Shown: piece by piece, positions 37,568-50,806 of the stretch
How positions within the stretch are numbered: position 1 is the first letter of the stretch
Layout: the number at the start of each line of letters is the position of its first letter
Assembly: GCF_001194135.2 (NCBI RefSeq)
Contig: NC_068983.1
Coordinates: 70,874,624-70,929,015 of the forward strand
Source: Octopus bimaculoides
Lineage: Eukaryota
Reading direction: 5' to 3'
Length of the DNA: 54,392 nt
The notes under the pieces: generated by a model
The model's input: only the letters and a program-made list of their open reading frames with translations
Told to the model about the DNA's origin: nothing
The model's database searches: none
Position numbers and translations under genes: made by a program

Positions 37568-39595
37568 NNNNNNNNNNNNNNNNNNNNNNNNNNNNNNNNN
37601 NNNNNNNNNNNNNNNNNNNNNNNNNNNNNNNNNNNNNNNNNNNNNNNNNNNNNNNNNNNNNNNNNNNNNNNNNNNNNNNNNNNNNNNNNNNNNNNNNNNN
37701 NNNNNNNNNNNNNNNNNNNNNNNNNNNNNNNNNNNNNNNNNNNNNNNNNNNNNNNNNNNNNNNNNNNNNNNNNNNNNNNNNNNNNNNNNNNNNNNNNNNN
37801 NNNNNNNNNNNNNNNNNNNNNNNNNNNNNNNNNNNNNNNNNNNNNNNNNNNNNNNNNNNNNNNNNNNNNNNNNNNNNNNNNNNNNNNNNNNNNNNNNNNN
37901 NNNNNNNNNNNNNNNNNCATATATACGCACACAAAATACATTGCCTCCTTACACGTTTACACCTTTGTTAATGTCTGTCTCTCAATGTATCTAATCACAC
38001 ACACAGACACTCAAACAGGAGGGGGAGAAAGAATGAATAAGAAAAAGGAGAAAGGTAGGTGAACACAACAGGAGAGAAGCGCAGGTAAAATCGAGAAACG
38101 CGATATAAGTTATCCAAGGAAATGTATTCCTTTTACGGACCTTATTCTGCTCCAAGCATTAAAGCTTAATTTCCGTTTCCTACCTCAACTGGACGCTTTT
38201 TTTTTATCAAAGCACCAGCTACATTTGTATTGTCATCAATCTTTTGATCACCAAAATATTTCATGGGCACTGACTAGTCTCTCGCAGACAAACCTATAAA
38301 AATGGGACATATACATGTATGTGTGAAGCGAAGGCATGTGTGTATTTGATTGTGTGTGTGTGTGTGTATAATACATATACACCCACATATATACGTATAT
38401 ATATTTACTTTAAAATATTTATAGAAGCAGGCAAACAGTGCAGCTAAAAATTATAGCTAGAAAACTTTCTGGTAGACGAATGCTGAAAGAAATAAAAGCA
38501 CTGCTAACTCGGTGTCACAGAAACTATACTGAATCCATACACCAGTTAACATGACATGAAAGTTGAGTCAACAGTCTCATTCGAAATATATTATGTTAAT
38601 AATATAATTGCTTTTAATTTATGCAAAAGTAATGTTCACCGTTTATTTATTTCTCTATTTATTTATTTAATTATTGAGAGGAAGGAAATGATACTATATC
38701 TATATAACATTTCTTAGGGTTTTCTACATTTTAAAGTAGTACAGTATTTACACAACTCATTGGATCAACAACTAGCTGATCTCATATACGTATATTGTGA
38801 AACTAGCCTTCTAGTACATTAAGGTAATATTAACGAGAACCGAAGGTTCAAATATCCACATATTGTTGGCCACGGCTTCACCACTTCATCTCCATTATAT
38901 ACATTCAATGTATTACAAAATTGTATCTTTAGTAGCCATCTTAACATGAGAGGACGTTATTTGTTTTCACAAACAACAATCAATGCGCATCCTTTCACTA
39001 ACTTCAAACTGGCCATACAACTATTAATTAACCTTTGTACGAATAATTAATATCAAGTAAGTCATAAATGTTAACAACGATTTCGGTGAAGTGAGTCAGA
39101 AACTGTTTACAGGTCACGCACAATTACAAATATTTTACACATCGCTTTAGGTTATAAATCCATGAAAGAGGTCGGATATTTGTTTGAAATATTTCATTTT
39201 ATATTAGAACTGATGTTGTTACCTGAGCCGTGTGTTTGCCTGAAGCACCAAATTAACCTTTTACAATCTACACAGTTGCAAACATTGATACAAGCAGATA
39301 TAGACACATATATGGAAAACCTGCCTATATAATCATACAGGAATGCTCAAGCAAATGCAAGCTAACAGGAAAAATGATATCACTTCATTAGTTTTGTGGA
39401 AATAAATGAATTAAAGCAACAACAATGGTGGATATTAATCACGCCAGTTCCCTGTATTATTTACTTCATTAAGATGTTTCTATCATGGAAGAGTTTAGGA
39501 CAAATAAAACATTCTCAATAACATCAATTACTTGGTTTTTTCCTTACATCTTAAATACACATGCATACATACATATAGGTATATGTGTGTTCGTA

Positions 39596-39711
<116 letters not shown>

Positions 39712-40199
39712 CACACATATATTTATATATATATACATATATATTTGTCTATGTCTCTGTGTGTCTGTGTATGTATCCATAAACATATACAAAAGTCCCT
39801 ATATATATATGTTATATATATTTCTAAATTAATTTATGTATAGTTTATTTACTTCTCTTCATCTATGTTCTTTCCCCTGTGTCTCTCTGTCGCTCTCGGC
39901 GAGTGTGACCTTATGCCAGTTAAAATAATATAAAATGTGTGCGTGAGTTCATATACATATGGTGGGGTTGCGTACTTGTGTGTGTACAAATATGCGTGTA
40001 GACACGCGCGCGCACGCAATCAAACACACACACACACGCACACACCATGACACACACACACATACACATATATATACTATATATAATATATCATATGTAT
40101 ACCTTCTCACACACGCATATATATATATGTATATATATATGCATACATACATATAATCATGCAAACATACAAGCGTACGTACATACATACATACATACA

Positions 40200-40231
<32 letters not shown>

Positions 40232-40974
40232 GTGGTTGTGAGTGTTTTTACGCTGTAATACGTATCACGCCTTCATGAAACAATCGCTATGTTGTTTTAT
40301 TTTGCTTATCTTAAATATGTTTGACAAGAAATAATTGAATCTATATTTTTGATTAGGAACTTAGACAACATTGAGTACAGGTTACATTGTTGATGTGAAA
40401 AGTAGACAATGATATTCATAATCTAACTGAATAGGTGACAATTTCTTCTCTAATTCTAGACTCATGTTATGAATATGTGACAAACATTGCAACTGTCAAG
40501 ATAGATGATAAGAATGTCTTCTACAATGCCGTATGTGTAAAAAGAAAAACAGAAAGATAAACCTCAGGTTGTCTGAGTATGATTTGCGTTTTACAATTTA
40601 CATTCATTGTTGATCACGTGAGATATTTTTGTTTTAATTGTTATGTATAAGTATTACTGACTTGTATTGTCCAAAGGATAGTATTAGCTTCTCAACGCAG
40701 TGCAAGTAATAGATAGTACTCATAACTGATGCTGTCCCTGCTGAATTATTACACTTGATACGTTTGCTTAGGGGAAACTGCTGCAAACAGAAGAGAAAGG
40801 AAATTAAAAAAGAGTTAGAGAAAATGGGGAAAGGCAGGGAAAGTGCCAAACCTAACGAGGAAATGTTCATGTTAAGTATATTATACATAGCAGATACGAT
40901 GGAAAAGAACTAGATCAAGTTTTAATAAATTTTGTAAGAATTAGTGCCGTAATTTTCTGTTCAAATAAAAACAG

Positions 40975-41032
40975 GAAATAATTGAGGGAGATTACGTTGT
41001 AAAAACATCATCACTTCAAAACATCGTAGCTG
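40975..41032 (+). CDS. Candidate internal coding exon, 58 nt, phase 0-1 (EIIEGDYVVKTSSLQNIVA)
   Basis: acag acceptor (weak pyrimidine tract), consensus CTG|GTAAGT donor, only one open frame. No homology recognised. Confidence 0.25.
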
Positions 41033-42892
41033 GTAAGTAAAGTTAAGCCTATCGATCGGACAGACTTTCTTTGTGCACTCTTGATTGAGTTTGTGCCTAG
41101 TAACCTTATTGTAACTACATGGGAACATGCTGTAGATTAGATCAAACTTGTGCACAGTAAAGTATCGATAACTATTCAAGAGTAACTTATTTTCTTACCA
41201 TGATCACGAAGTTTGACCTTTGGAATGCAGCGTGCAGTTTTCTCTATGATATAAAATGTTGATTGCCGTATGTTTGTGGGAGTGAGTGACACTTATGTAT
41301 TTGCGTATGTGTGTGTATAGAATTATGTGCGTACTTATGTATGTATGTATGTATGTATGTATGTATGTTTGTATGTATGTATGTATGTATCCATATAATG
41401 TGAAATCTCGCATTTGCAAATAAGGAACAGGTATTACATGTGTTGCTTTGAGTGGTGCACGTGTTATTCTGTCGGAATTCTTATCTGAAGAGGATATTTC
41501 TTTGTGCAGTGGTGAAATTCAACGTTCATATGTATTCACACACACACACACACACACACATACACACGTATATAAATTTACTTGGAAATGGATGCATGGA
41601 GTCGAATTAAATAATACACATATACATATATANNNNNNNNNNNNNNNNNNNNNNNNNNNNNNNNNNNNNNNNNNNNNNNNNNNNNNNNNNNNNNNNNNNN
41701 NNNNNNNNNNNNNNNNNNTATATATATATATATATATATGAATGCATACGTGCATGCATATATATGAATGCATGTGTGTGCTTATGCGTGTGTGTTCGTG
41801 CGTGTTTGTACGCGCGTGCATTTCACGCGTGTGTACGTTTGTTGCTTGGCATGAACAATGTTAGGAAGGAATATTTTCATGGTTGAAATTTATTTATTTT
41901 CATGTATTCTTGATTTGGTAACCGTCATTTCCACCTAGATTATCTGATGAATCTTATTATATCAAAAGTATTTTTCAGAAAATATCACTTATGATATAAA
42001 TTATACTAACATTTCTCTTCTCTATTCTATAGTATTTGTTGTGTTAAAAATCAATAGCAATAACTATTATGAAACATTGCGATGATGAAAGAGAAACAAT
42101 TTTCTAAAATCTCATTTGTAGATTTTGACTTAAATTTAACTTTTTTTAATAACTCGTAACTGAACCTCACTCAATTGCACACTAAAGGATGACAGCTGAA
42201 ACAGATCACAATAAATTCTAGGATGCAAATCTGGATTTAAATTTTATTCTCAGCGAAGAAGACAGACGTTGGACTACTTCAGCCTAAGTGATTTACTATA
42301 GTTAACAGTTTCCATGGTTGACATCTTTCAGTATTATATCTTAGGTAGATGTATGCTGTCAAATGGAAGATGAAGTAAAGGTCCCCTTTTAGAATCAATA
42401 CAATTTGCTCATTGAAGCTCAGTACATATACACAAAATATATATGAAGAACAGAAAATAACTCCTTGATTAACTATTTCTACTTTTTAAGTGGTCAGGCA
42501 CGTACGAGTAGCCATGCATATATCGGGAATCACTATTTTCTTTTACTTCCCAGCCGTTGCATGTGTGTACTTGATATCGGGTGTACGTTTAGCCAGGAAT
42601 CAATGGTCAATCTATATACCTATATACCAATTCCCCACCCTCACTACCTATCAATCAATCTACCTATTAAAAATCTGCCTTGCTGCTCTCTCACTCTCCC
42701 TTTCTCTCTATATATGTAGTTGTATATGTTTGTGGTTTTATGAGTTTCTACTGTGTATATCTATTTCAATATTTATATTTATCTCTATATTGAAGTACTG
42801 ACAAGTATTTTAACGTGCAGTATATAGACAGATATAGTAATTTAAAAGCGCATCCTCGTTAAACGTTCATGTAACATATATATATAAATATA

Positions 42893-43273
42893 GGCGTAGG
42901 CGTGGTTGTGTAGCAAGAAGCTTACTTCCCAACCACATAGTTCAGGGTTCAGTCCCACTACGTGGTACCTTGGGCAAGTGCCTTCTTGTGAGTGGATTTG
43001 GTAGGCGGAAACTGAAAGAAGCCCGTCGTATACATACATACATACACACACACACACATATATATACATATATATATATNNNNNNNNNNTTGTTCCCCTT
43101 GACAACCGGTGTTGGTGTGTTTACGTCTTCCTAATTTTGTGGTTCGGCCAAAGATCGCTAGAATAAGTATCAGGGTATATAAGGAAAGTACTGGTGTCAA
43201 TTTGATCTGATTAAAATTCTTCAAGATGGTAAATCAGCATGGCCGCAGTCAGAAGACTGAAACAAGTAAAAGA
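42893..43273 (+). mobile_element. SINE family C (tRNA head, CORE-like block, internal microsatellite, 3' domain)
   Basis: Head GGCGTAGGCGTGGTTGTGTAG...GGTTCAGTCCC; CORE-like ACCTTGGGCAAGTG; internal (TACA)/(CA)/(TA) tract with a small gap; 3' part ending CAGCATGGCCGCAGTC...GACTGAAACAAGTAAAAGA. Confidence 0.85.
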
Positions 43274-43337
43274 AAATGACAAACTTCTTGAATTGAAAAT
43301 TAAATGATAAAAGATGCATGTATATATATATATATAT

Positions 43338-43384
<47 letters not shown>

Positions 43385-43523
43385 CACACACACATTAGAG
43401 GAAAGCTTAATGTGGATCCCTATTTCCAGTCTCAGAAGTGAAATTGGAACCTACAGATGACCAGTTATACCACTTACTCAGCGTATCCATGTATTTAGAT
43501 CACCAGTGAACTAAACACCTCAT

Positions 43524-43640
<117 letters not shown>

Positions 43641-44118
43641 GTGTGTGTGTGTGTGTTTGTGTGCGCGCGTTATATAAGTAGGAGAAATCCGAACTGTGTC
43701 CTCTTGAAGCACATCTGCTTATTCCAGTATTACAATCCAGTCTGCAATTCTCGTCATTGCTGAACTGATGTGAGGTACACATTAGAGTTGAAAATTATGG
43801 AAATGTCGTTTACAAGAATCTGGAGAATTGTTCGTTATTATTTATTATTTATAGTGGTTATTATTTATTCACCATTACACATATTTCATTTTGTTAAGAG
43901 GGATCACAAAATGGAACATGTTGCGTACTCACGTAAGAAATTTCCTATCAGTAATTCTTCAATCTCAGCCGTTTTCAGTGCATGTTCTACACTTATGATA
44001 ATCTCAATGTCGTCAACAAATTTATCAGACCTAGTTGTTAATGCTCCCCGTAACCTCCAACAACTACTAAGATGATAGTTCCTTCTGATTATTATTATTG
44101 TTGTTGTTGTTGTTTTTG

Positions 44119-44163
<45 letters not shown>

Positions 44164-44718
44164 TTTTAGTAGTAGTAGTAGTAGTAGTATATACATAGAA
44201 AGCAACAATCATAATATATAGATATGCTTGTTTCTCTCTCTCTCGCTATCTATCTCTGTATAGTGTCCTATATNNNNNNNNNNNNNNNNNNNNNNNNNNN
44301 NNNNNNNNNNNNNNNNNNNNNNNNNNNNNNNNNNNNNNNNNNNNNNNNNNNNNNNNNNNNNNNNNNNNNNNNNNNNNNNNNNNNNNNNNNNNNNNNNNNN
44401 NNNNNNNNNNNNNNNNNNNNNNNNNNNNNNNNNNNNNNNNNNNNNNNNNNNNNNNNNNNNNNNNNNNNNNNNNNNNNNNNNNNNNNNNNNNNNNNNNNNN
44501 NNNNNNNNNNNNNNNNNNNNNNNNNNNNNNNNNNNNNNNNNNNNNNNNNNNNNNNNNNNNNNNNNNNNNNNNNNNNNNNNNNNNNNNNNNNNNNNNNNNN
44601 NNNNNNNNNNNNNNNNNNNNNNNNNNNNNNNNNNNNNNNNNNNNNNNNNNNNNNNNNNNNNNNNNNNNNNNNNNNNNNNNNNNNNNNNNNNNNNNNNNNN
44701 NNNNNNNNNNNNNNNNNN

Positions 44719-44773
<55 letters not shown>

Positions 44774-45649
44774 CAGAAATAATTGGAAAAAGTAAAACTG
44801 ATATGAATAAAGAGGAACGAGACTTTTCTATTTCCTTTTTCTTTATATTTTATCTTACCACGAATTCTCCTTGAATAAATTTTCCTTTTAGTACACTGGT
44901 GGATCTGGTAAAGATATAAGCCTAGCTATCGTACAATAATGTTCATTACGTGCTACTTGAGTGGTTACACTTTAGAACCAAACTGGATATTTCATAAGTT
45001 CCCGACAATAAGATTAGATAATGAAACGGTCAACCGGTCTCTCGCTTGTTTGTCAAAGGACACTATTTTGAAAGGTAAAAAAGAAAAAAAAACGCGAAAT
45101 ATATCACACATAGAAAATCTCCAATTCTGATTGGATATACGAGCATTTATTAGCACTAAGAATTGATAATCATCGGATAATTGTCTTTAGGATACATTTT
45201 CGACAGTCAGTAAATCAGACACAAGTTGTAATTTGTTTTTTTGCTACCATCTTTGCAAATGGCAAAGAGATGTCTGTAGATGTTGCGCGGTGATATGAAT
45301 ATTATTTCATGATGTAGAGCGTAGAAAAATTAATTAGTGATAAGATAAACCGAGGAGATAATTTACTAATATCCAATGTCGTTGTCGTCGTAGCTTATGC
45401 TTTATCATTGTTGAATATGGTGTCGAATTTTTTTGAAATCCTGGTTCTCTTTGATAGTGAGATTGAATAACATTGAATAAGAGTCACATATTCGATTCCC
45501 ACCGTGTATGGTGTCTACAGTTTCAGTGATCAAGGCACAGTTGTTTAGCTAGAAACGATTAAAAAGTGACTTATCAGAATGCATAGAATTGCCGGCCCCA
45601 AGTTTTGACTGGTGTAATACATCCTCCATTCAAGTAGTATGTAGTGTTT

Positions 45650-45842
45650 TTCCTTTTATTATTTATTTGCTTGGATCATTTGGACTCCGGTCATGCTGGG
45701 ACAGTACATTAAACTACTGCAGTCCTTATTTTAATGCCTGGTACTTATTCTATCGGTTTATTATACTGAAGTACTAAGTTATAGGAAGTACACAAATCAA
45801 CACTAGTTTTCATGTGGTGGGGAACACAAACGAAAACAAAAT
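45650..45842 (-). mobile_element. SINE family C, 3' half, diverged, minus strand
   Basis: Reverse complement contains CCGATAGAATAAGTACCAGG and CCCAGCATGACCGGAGTCCAAATGATCCAAGCAAATAAATAA, matching 43140-43273. Confidence 0.7.
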
Positions 45843-46555
45843 GTCTCTTGAGTTATATATGATATGTACATTATCGAATTCATCTAAAGCTGTCAGTTTA
45901 ATCTGCATAACAGTGCACGAACTGACAAGGTTGATAATTAATTAGTTACACAATACACAAATAACTTGAATTATTTGAGATGTAATGTAAGACATAATTT
46001 CTGTATGTTTATTAAAAAGATACACGTTACACCGCATTTCAAATCGAACAGATAAAAGATGCATAGTGCGTTATTAATTCATTAATTGGTTATACGAATT
46101 TTCAGTTCATTACGCTGTTATGCAAATTAGACCGACATGTTTAGTGTTGTCCGACTTGTTTGACATAGTATATAGCTATAGTCATAAAGTATTATTGTCT
46201 GTGTACATAAATTAAGTTTTCATTGTATGTTAATGCTCTATGATTAGAAAATACTGTAAGATAAGAAAATAATCAAATAAACACCTCTTTTTTGTCCACG
46301 ATAATATAGAAAATCTGTGGTGTAACAAAACATTATAGTTTATGGAAATGTTCAAATTGCATATTTATTCCCAAAAGAGAAATAAAGATACTTAACCTAC
46401 AGTAGTTGACATGCTAATTAGCCCATAGCTAGAACTCTAATACTCCGTGTTAGAGTAGACCTGGGAACAGGTTACACATACCTCAAAACTCTAAAATTCT
46501 CGTACCAGGACCCAACTTCTGGATGGATTTTAATGTCATACCCAGGACTATCACG

Positions 46556-46599
<44 letters not shown>

Positions 46600-47600
46600 T
46601 AGAAAAATTACTATATGTCTATGACATATCCTTTTATGATGAATAAGAACCTCAGTCATGAGTGCGAAATATACTTTCTCCTGGATAAAACGCTACTCTA
46701 TTACTCATAATATTCCCAGAAGATCGGCCAAATGTTACACATTTATGAACTATGTCACGTAGAATGTATTCTCTTCGTCATACATAAGTCTCATAAAATA
46801 TGCTATATCTCCTTATTTTTGTTTTAGATAAGAAAAAAAATGTCATGTTTACAATTAGGAAAGAAAGGTCATTTTAGGAAGATCGATTAATGCTTTTATT
46901 TATCTCTAAATAAAGTTTCTCTCCCTTTCATTCACATCTTTGTGTTAATCAATACAATTGAGATATTATCATTTGGAATGACTGCCAGAAACATGTTCAT
47001 TATATATTCCAGAGTAATCTTTTTCATCTTGCATTACTATAGCGTACATTTCTAATTATCGTTGTTTACAGAAAAAAGGTTAAAATGTAAAGCATATAAA
47101 TAAATCCAAACACGAAATTTTGTGTTATGATTAAGAATTTAATAAGTTGAAATTGTAATAGTGAAAAGATGATAGATTATTATTGAATGCCTTAAACATA
47201 TTTGACAGCCTCTAATTATGACGTTATCAATAAATTGAACATATACCAGTCTTTCAATATATCAAAGCTAGTTCAAAAGTATATAATAAAAATAATCAGT
47301 AATTTTGTAACTATGAATATGAAATCTACTCTTGGAAATGCAATATTGAAATGCAGTTATTTTTTTACTTTAAAGGTGTACTTGAGGTGAAATTAGAAGC
47401 GTTTTGTTTTAAAACAAACTAGGAGGGAGAAAGTGTATGGATTTATTATTTATAAATGTTAAATTCATTACCATACGTATTGATAAATATGAAGGTAAAT
47501 GACTGCCTGATCGTGCGCGGTGCCCTATACGTTCCTCTCCGATGGCTGCACTATCCGAGTATGAAATTTGATGTAGTTCACGTATATCAACTATATTTAT

Positions 47601-47640
<40 letters not shown>

Positions 47641-47693
47641 AGAGAGAAAGAGAGAGAGTAATAAATAGAGAAATACATATACATATTATGTAT

Positions 47694-47872
47694 GGAGGCG
47701 TGTGGTTTAGTAGTTAGGATGTCACACTCATAATCATAAGATTGTTGTTTCGAATCCTGGAACGAAAGCTGCGATGTGTTCTTCAGCAAAATACTTCATT
47801 TCATGTTGCTCCAGTTCACATTCAGCTGGTAAAAATGAGTGAATAATCCTGCGACAGGCCAGTGTTCCAATT
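47694..47872 (+). mobile_element. tRNA-derived SINE related to family A (shared head and core, different tail)
   Basis: GGAGGCGTGTGGTTTAGTAGTTAGG...TTCGAATCCTGG...TGTGTTCTTCAGCAAAATACTTCATTTCATGTTGCTCCAGTTCAC. Confidence 0.75.
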
Positions 47873-49139
47873 GATGTGAAGGGGTACATAAACCACGGAA
47901 TTTGAGAAACCGGTTTTATGAGCCATGTGCCCTTGGCTCCTAAATCACCTTTGATCTTAATCTTTTGGTATGTCTGTATGCATGCATACACACACATATA
48001 AACCTATGTATGTGAGAAATTCTTTTCCCCTTCACTTCCATATTAGCTCCAACACATACATCACTGCTATCTGAAAAATATAGGTTCCAATTGTATATCA
48101 AGGAAAATAACAGAATATGAAGAATGTACATACCACATTCCAGAAGATGATGAGACAGATTACCGATCGAAATATGGAAGTTCCAAATATACTCTGTTGT
48201 TGTTAATTCTCTTCCCATTAATCTTCATCGCGCGAATCCGTGTTCAAAAGCATTTCAGTCTTCATCATGTCGCCTTCCTATACATTGTTTTAGATTAAAC
48301 TGCCCATTGTTCTTTAATGATTTTAAAGACAATACGTTATGATTTGGGGGAGATTTTGCTCTTACTTCTTGTAGGCCGAGTGAATACATAGGGGCTGCCT
48401 TAATGGATCATATTATTTGGTTGCTAAAAAATTTTCAAAGATAATAAATTTTACTTGATGCTTGGGAGCTGATTCTCAAAGAATGTTTTCTCTTCTGCTC
48501 AGCTCATCAGTAACATTGTGTTTTATTTGCACATGTCTTTCAAATAATTATGTTAATCTGTTCACTGCTTTCAAATATTTCTACTTTTTATGCTGTGTTA
48601 ACCAAGAAGTATGTTTAAAATCAACAATTGGATTTCTTCTTTCACAATAATATCTTATTATTTGCTGGTACTCTCAGATTGTATGAGTTGTATCCCATTT
48701 TATTTTTTAAGGAATATATGAAAATTTAGATTATTATTGTTGTACAAAGTTTTAAAAGAAAGTGATATTTGCTTTGAGATATTTGATACATCAAATGAGG
48801 TTGAAATGACTCAAGCAATAAAGGAAAACGAACTGTAGATTCTATCTACTAGGAGTTTACCCCAACTCGACTACACATAATATTGAACGTTTCGTCAAAA
48901 TAGAGAAGTTAGGTTTCAAAGTATAAACACTGTAAAAGAAAATGCTGTAAAAGAAAAATCTCTAAAATATACATGTATTAAGGAAATTAAATATGGGTGA
49001 TATTATTTTTCGAAAATTTGCACCAATTCAAAATATCCTGTATCATACTGAGTCCTTCTTCGTAAACACAAAGTGGAAGATGAGCGTCAAAATTTACTCA
49101 TTATATGACTTAAAAAAACTAATTTTAATATCCTTACTA

Positions 49140-49704
49140 TTAGGTTGACAAGTATGAAATTTGTAGAAAAGAAAAAAAAAGTTTGCTAATGTTTTATAAA
49201 CACAAGGAATAGTTTTATTCATCAAAGTATGCATTCATATTGTCAATACATTTTGCCATTTCAGCGGTAGTTTGTCCAGCCTGGAACTGTAAAGCCTGAC
49301 TCGACGGTGGCTTTCAGTTGTTATTATCCACCTTTGTTTCTGGTCGACTGTGTTGCTCATTTGTAAGGTCAAAGTTACGAGAACGAAATTTGGCAAACCA
49401 ATTTGATACTGTCTGCTGTGTAATACTCCATTAATATTCCGAGCTGTTTGTGATATTGTATTTCCAAGAAAGAACTCATATTTCAAAACTGTACGAATTT
49501 CCGACTTATCCATCTCTAAACAAAAATAGCAAAGAACGATTTATAAAATACTTTATAAATCTCAAAATGAGTTAGAATAAAGAAATAGATGTGTCAGCTT
49601 TCTAACAAAAAATAAAGATTGTCAAAATGTAATAATGGCGCAAAATGAGCAGCTGTCAAAGTTTATCATATACCTTACTACAAATTTCATACTTGATGAC
49701 CTAA
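49140..49704 (-). mobile_element. Internally deleted, non-autonomous mariner DNA transposon
   Basis: 27-bp TIRs TTAGGTTGACAAGTATGAAATTTGTAG (49140-49166) and its near reverse complement (49678-49704, 3 mismatches), with TA on both sides. Transposase N-terminus MDKSEIRTVLKYEFFLGNTISQTARNIN (ATG 49513) is fused to C-terminal GFYSSRLDKLPLKWQ..CIDNMNAYFDE*. Confidence 0.92.
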
Positions 49705-49824
49705 TATTTAAATTTCAAGAAATACTATATTTGTGTATATTTTAATTCTTGTTTAATTGCGACAAAAACATTATCTTAATAAATTACTGGTACTAATATT
49801 ATCCGAATATTTTACTGATACTAA

Positions 49825-49938
49825 CAAGGTGATGAACTAACAGAATCGTTAGCGCGCCTGGCAAAATATTTAGCAGCATTTCGTCCGATTTTACTCACTG
49901 AGTTCAATCTCCGCCGAAGTCGACTTTGACGTTCATCC
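49825..49938 (+). mobile_element. SINE family B, 5' part, truncated by gap
   Basis: AAGGTGATGAACTAACAGAATCGTTAGCGCGCCTGG...GAGTTCAATCTCCGCCGAAGTCGACTTTGACGTTCATCC. Confidence 0.85.
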
Positions 49939-50774
49939 NNNNNNNNNNNNNNNNNNNNNNNNNNNNNNNNNNNNNNNNNNNNNNNNNNNNNNNNNNNNNN
50001 NNNNNNNNNNNNNNNNNNNNNNNNNNNNNNNNNNNNNNNNNNNNNNNNNNNNNNNNNNNNNNNNNNNNNNNNNNNNNNNNNNNNNNNNNNNNNNNNNNNN
50101 NNNNNNNNNNNNNNNNNNNNNNNNNNNNNNNNNNNNNNNNNNNNNNNNNNNNNNNNNNNNNNNNNNNNNNNNNNNNNNNNNNNNNNNNNNNNNNNNNNNN
50201 NNNNNNNNNNNNNNNNNNNNNNNNNNNNNNNNNNNNNNNNNNNNNNNNNNNNNNNNNNNNNNNNNNNNNNNNNNNNNNNNNNNNNNNNNNNNNNNNNNNN
50301 NNNNNNNNNNNNNNNNNNNNNNNNNNNNNNNNNNNNNNNNNNNNNNNNNNNNNNNNNNNNNNNNNNNNNNNNNNNNNNNNNNNNNNNNNNNNNNNNNNNN
50401 NNNNNNNNNNNNNNNNNNNNNNNNNNNNNNNNNNNNNNNNNNNNNNNNNNNNNNNNNNNNNNNNNNNNNNNNNNNNNNNNNNNNNNNNNNNNNNNNNNNN
50501 NNNNNNNNNNNNNNNNNNNNNNNNNNNATGTTTTCGAATTTAGAATTGACCAACCATAGTTGTTGACATTTATAGATCATATCTGAATGGCATGAGTGTC
50601 TATGTGTGTTTTCTTTCTCATGACGTAGCATCATATTTGATGTAGCTTAAATGAATTAAAAAGAGGCTATGAGTAAGTGTGGATTAGTATGAGAAGTAAA
50701 TTAATACCTTTAGTATGGAAAGATACGTTTTCTTTTCCTTAAATCATGAAGAAAGAGAGTATTTGAGACAGAGG

Positions 50775-50806
<32 letters not shown>

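Noticed and set aside
48930-48960. Tandem CTGTAAAAGAAAAT duplication
   Set aside because: An ordinary short slippage duplication.
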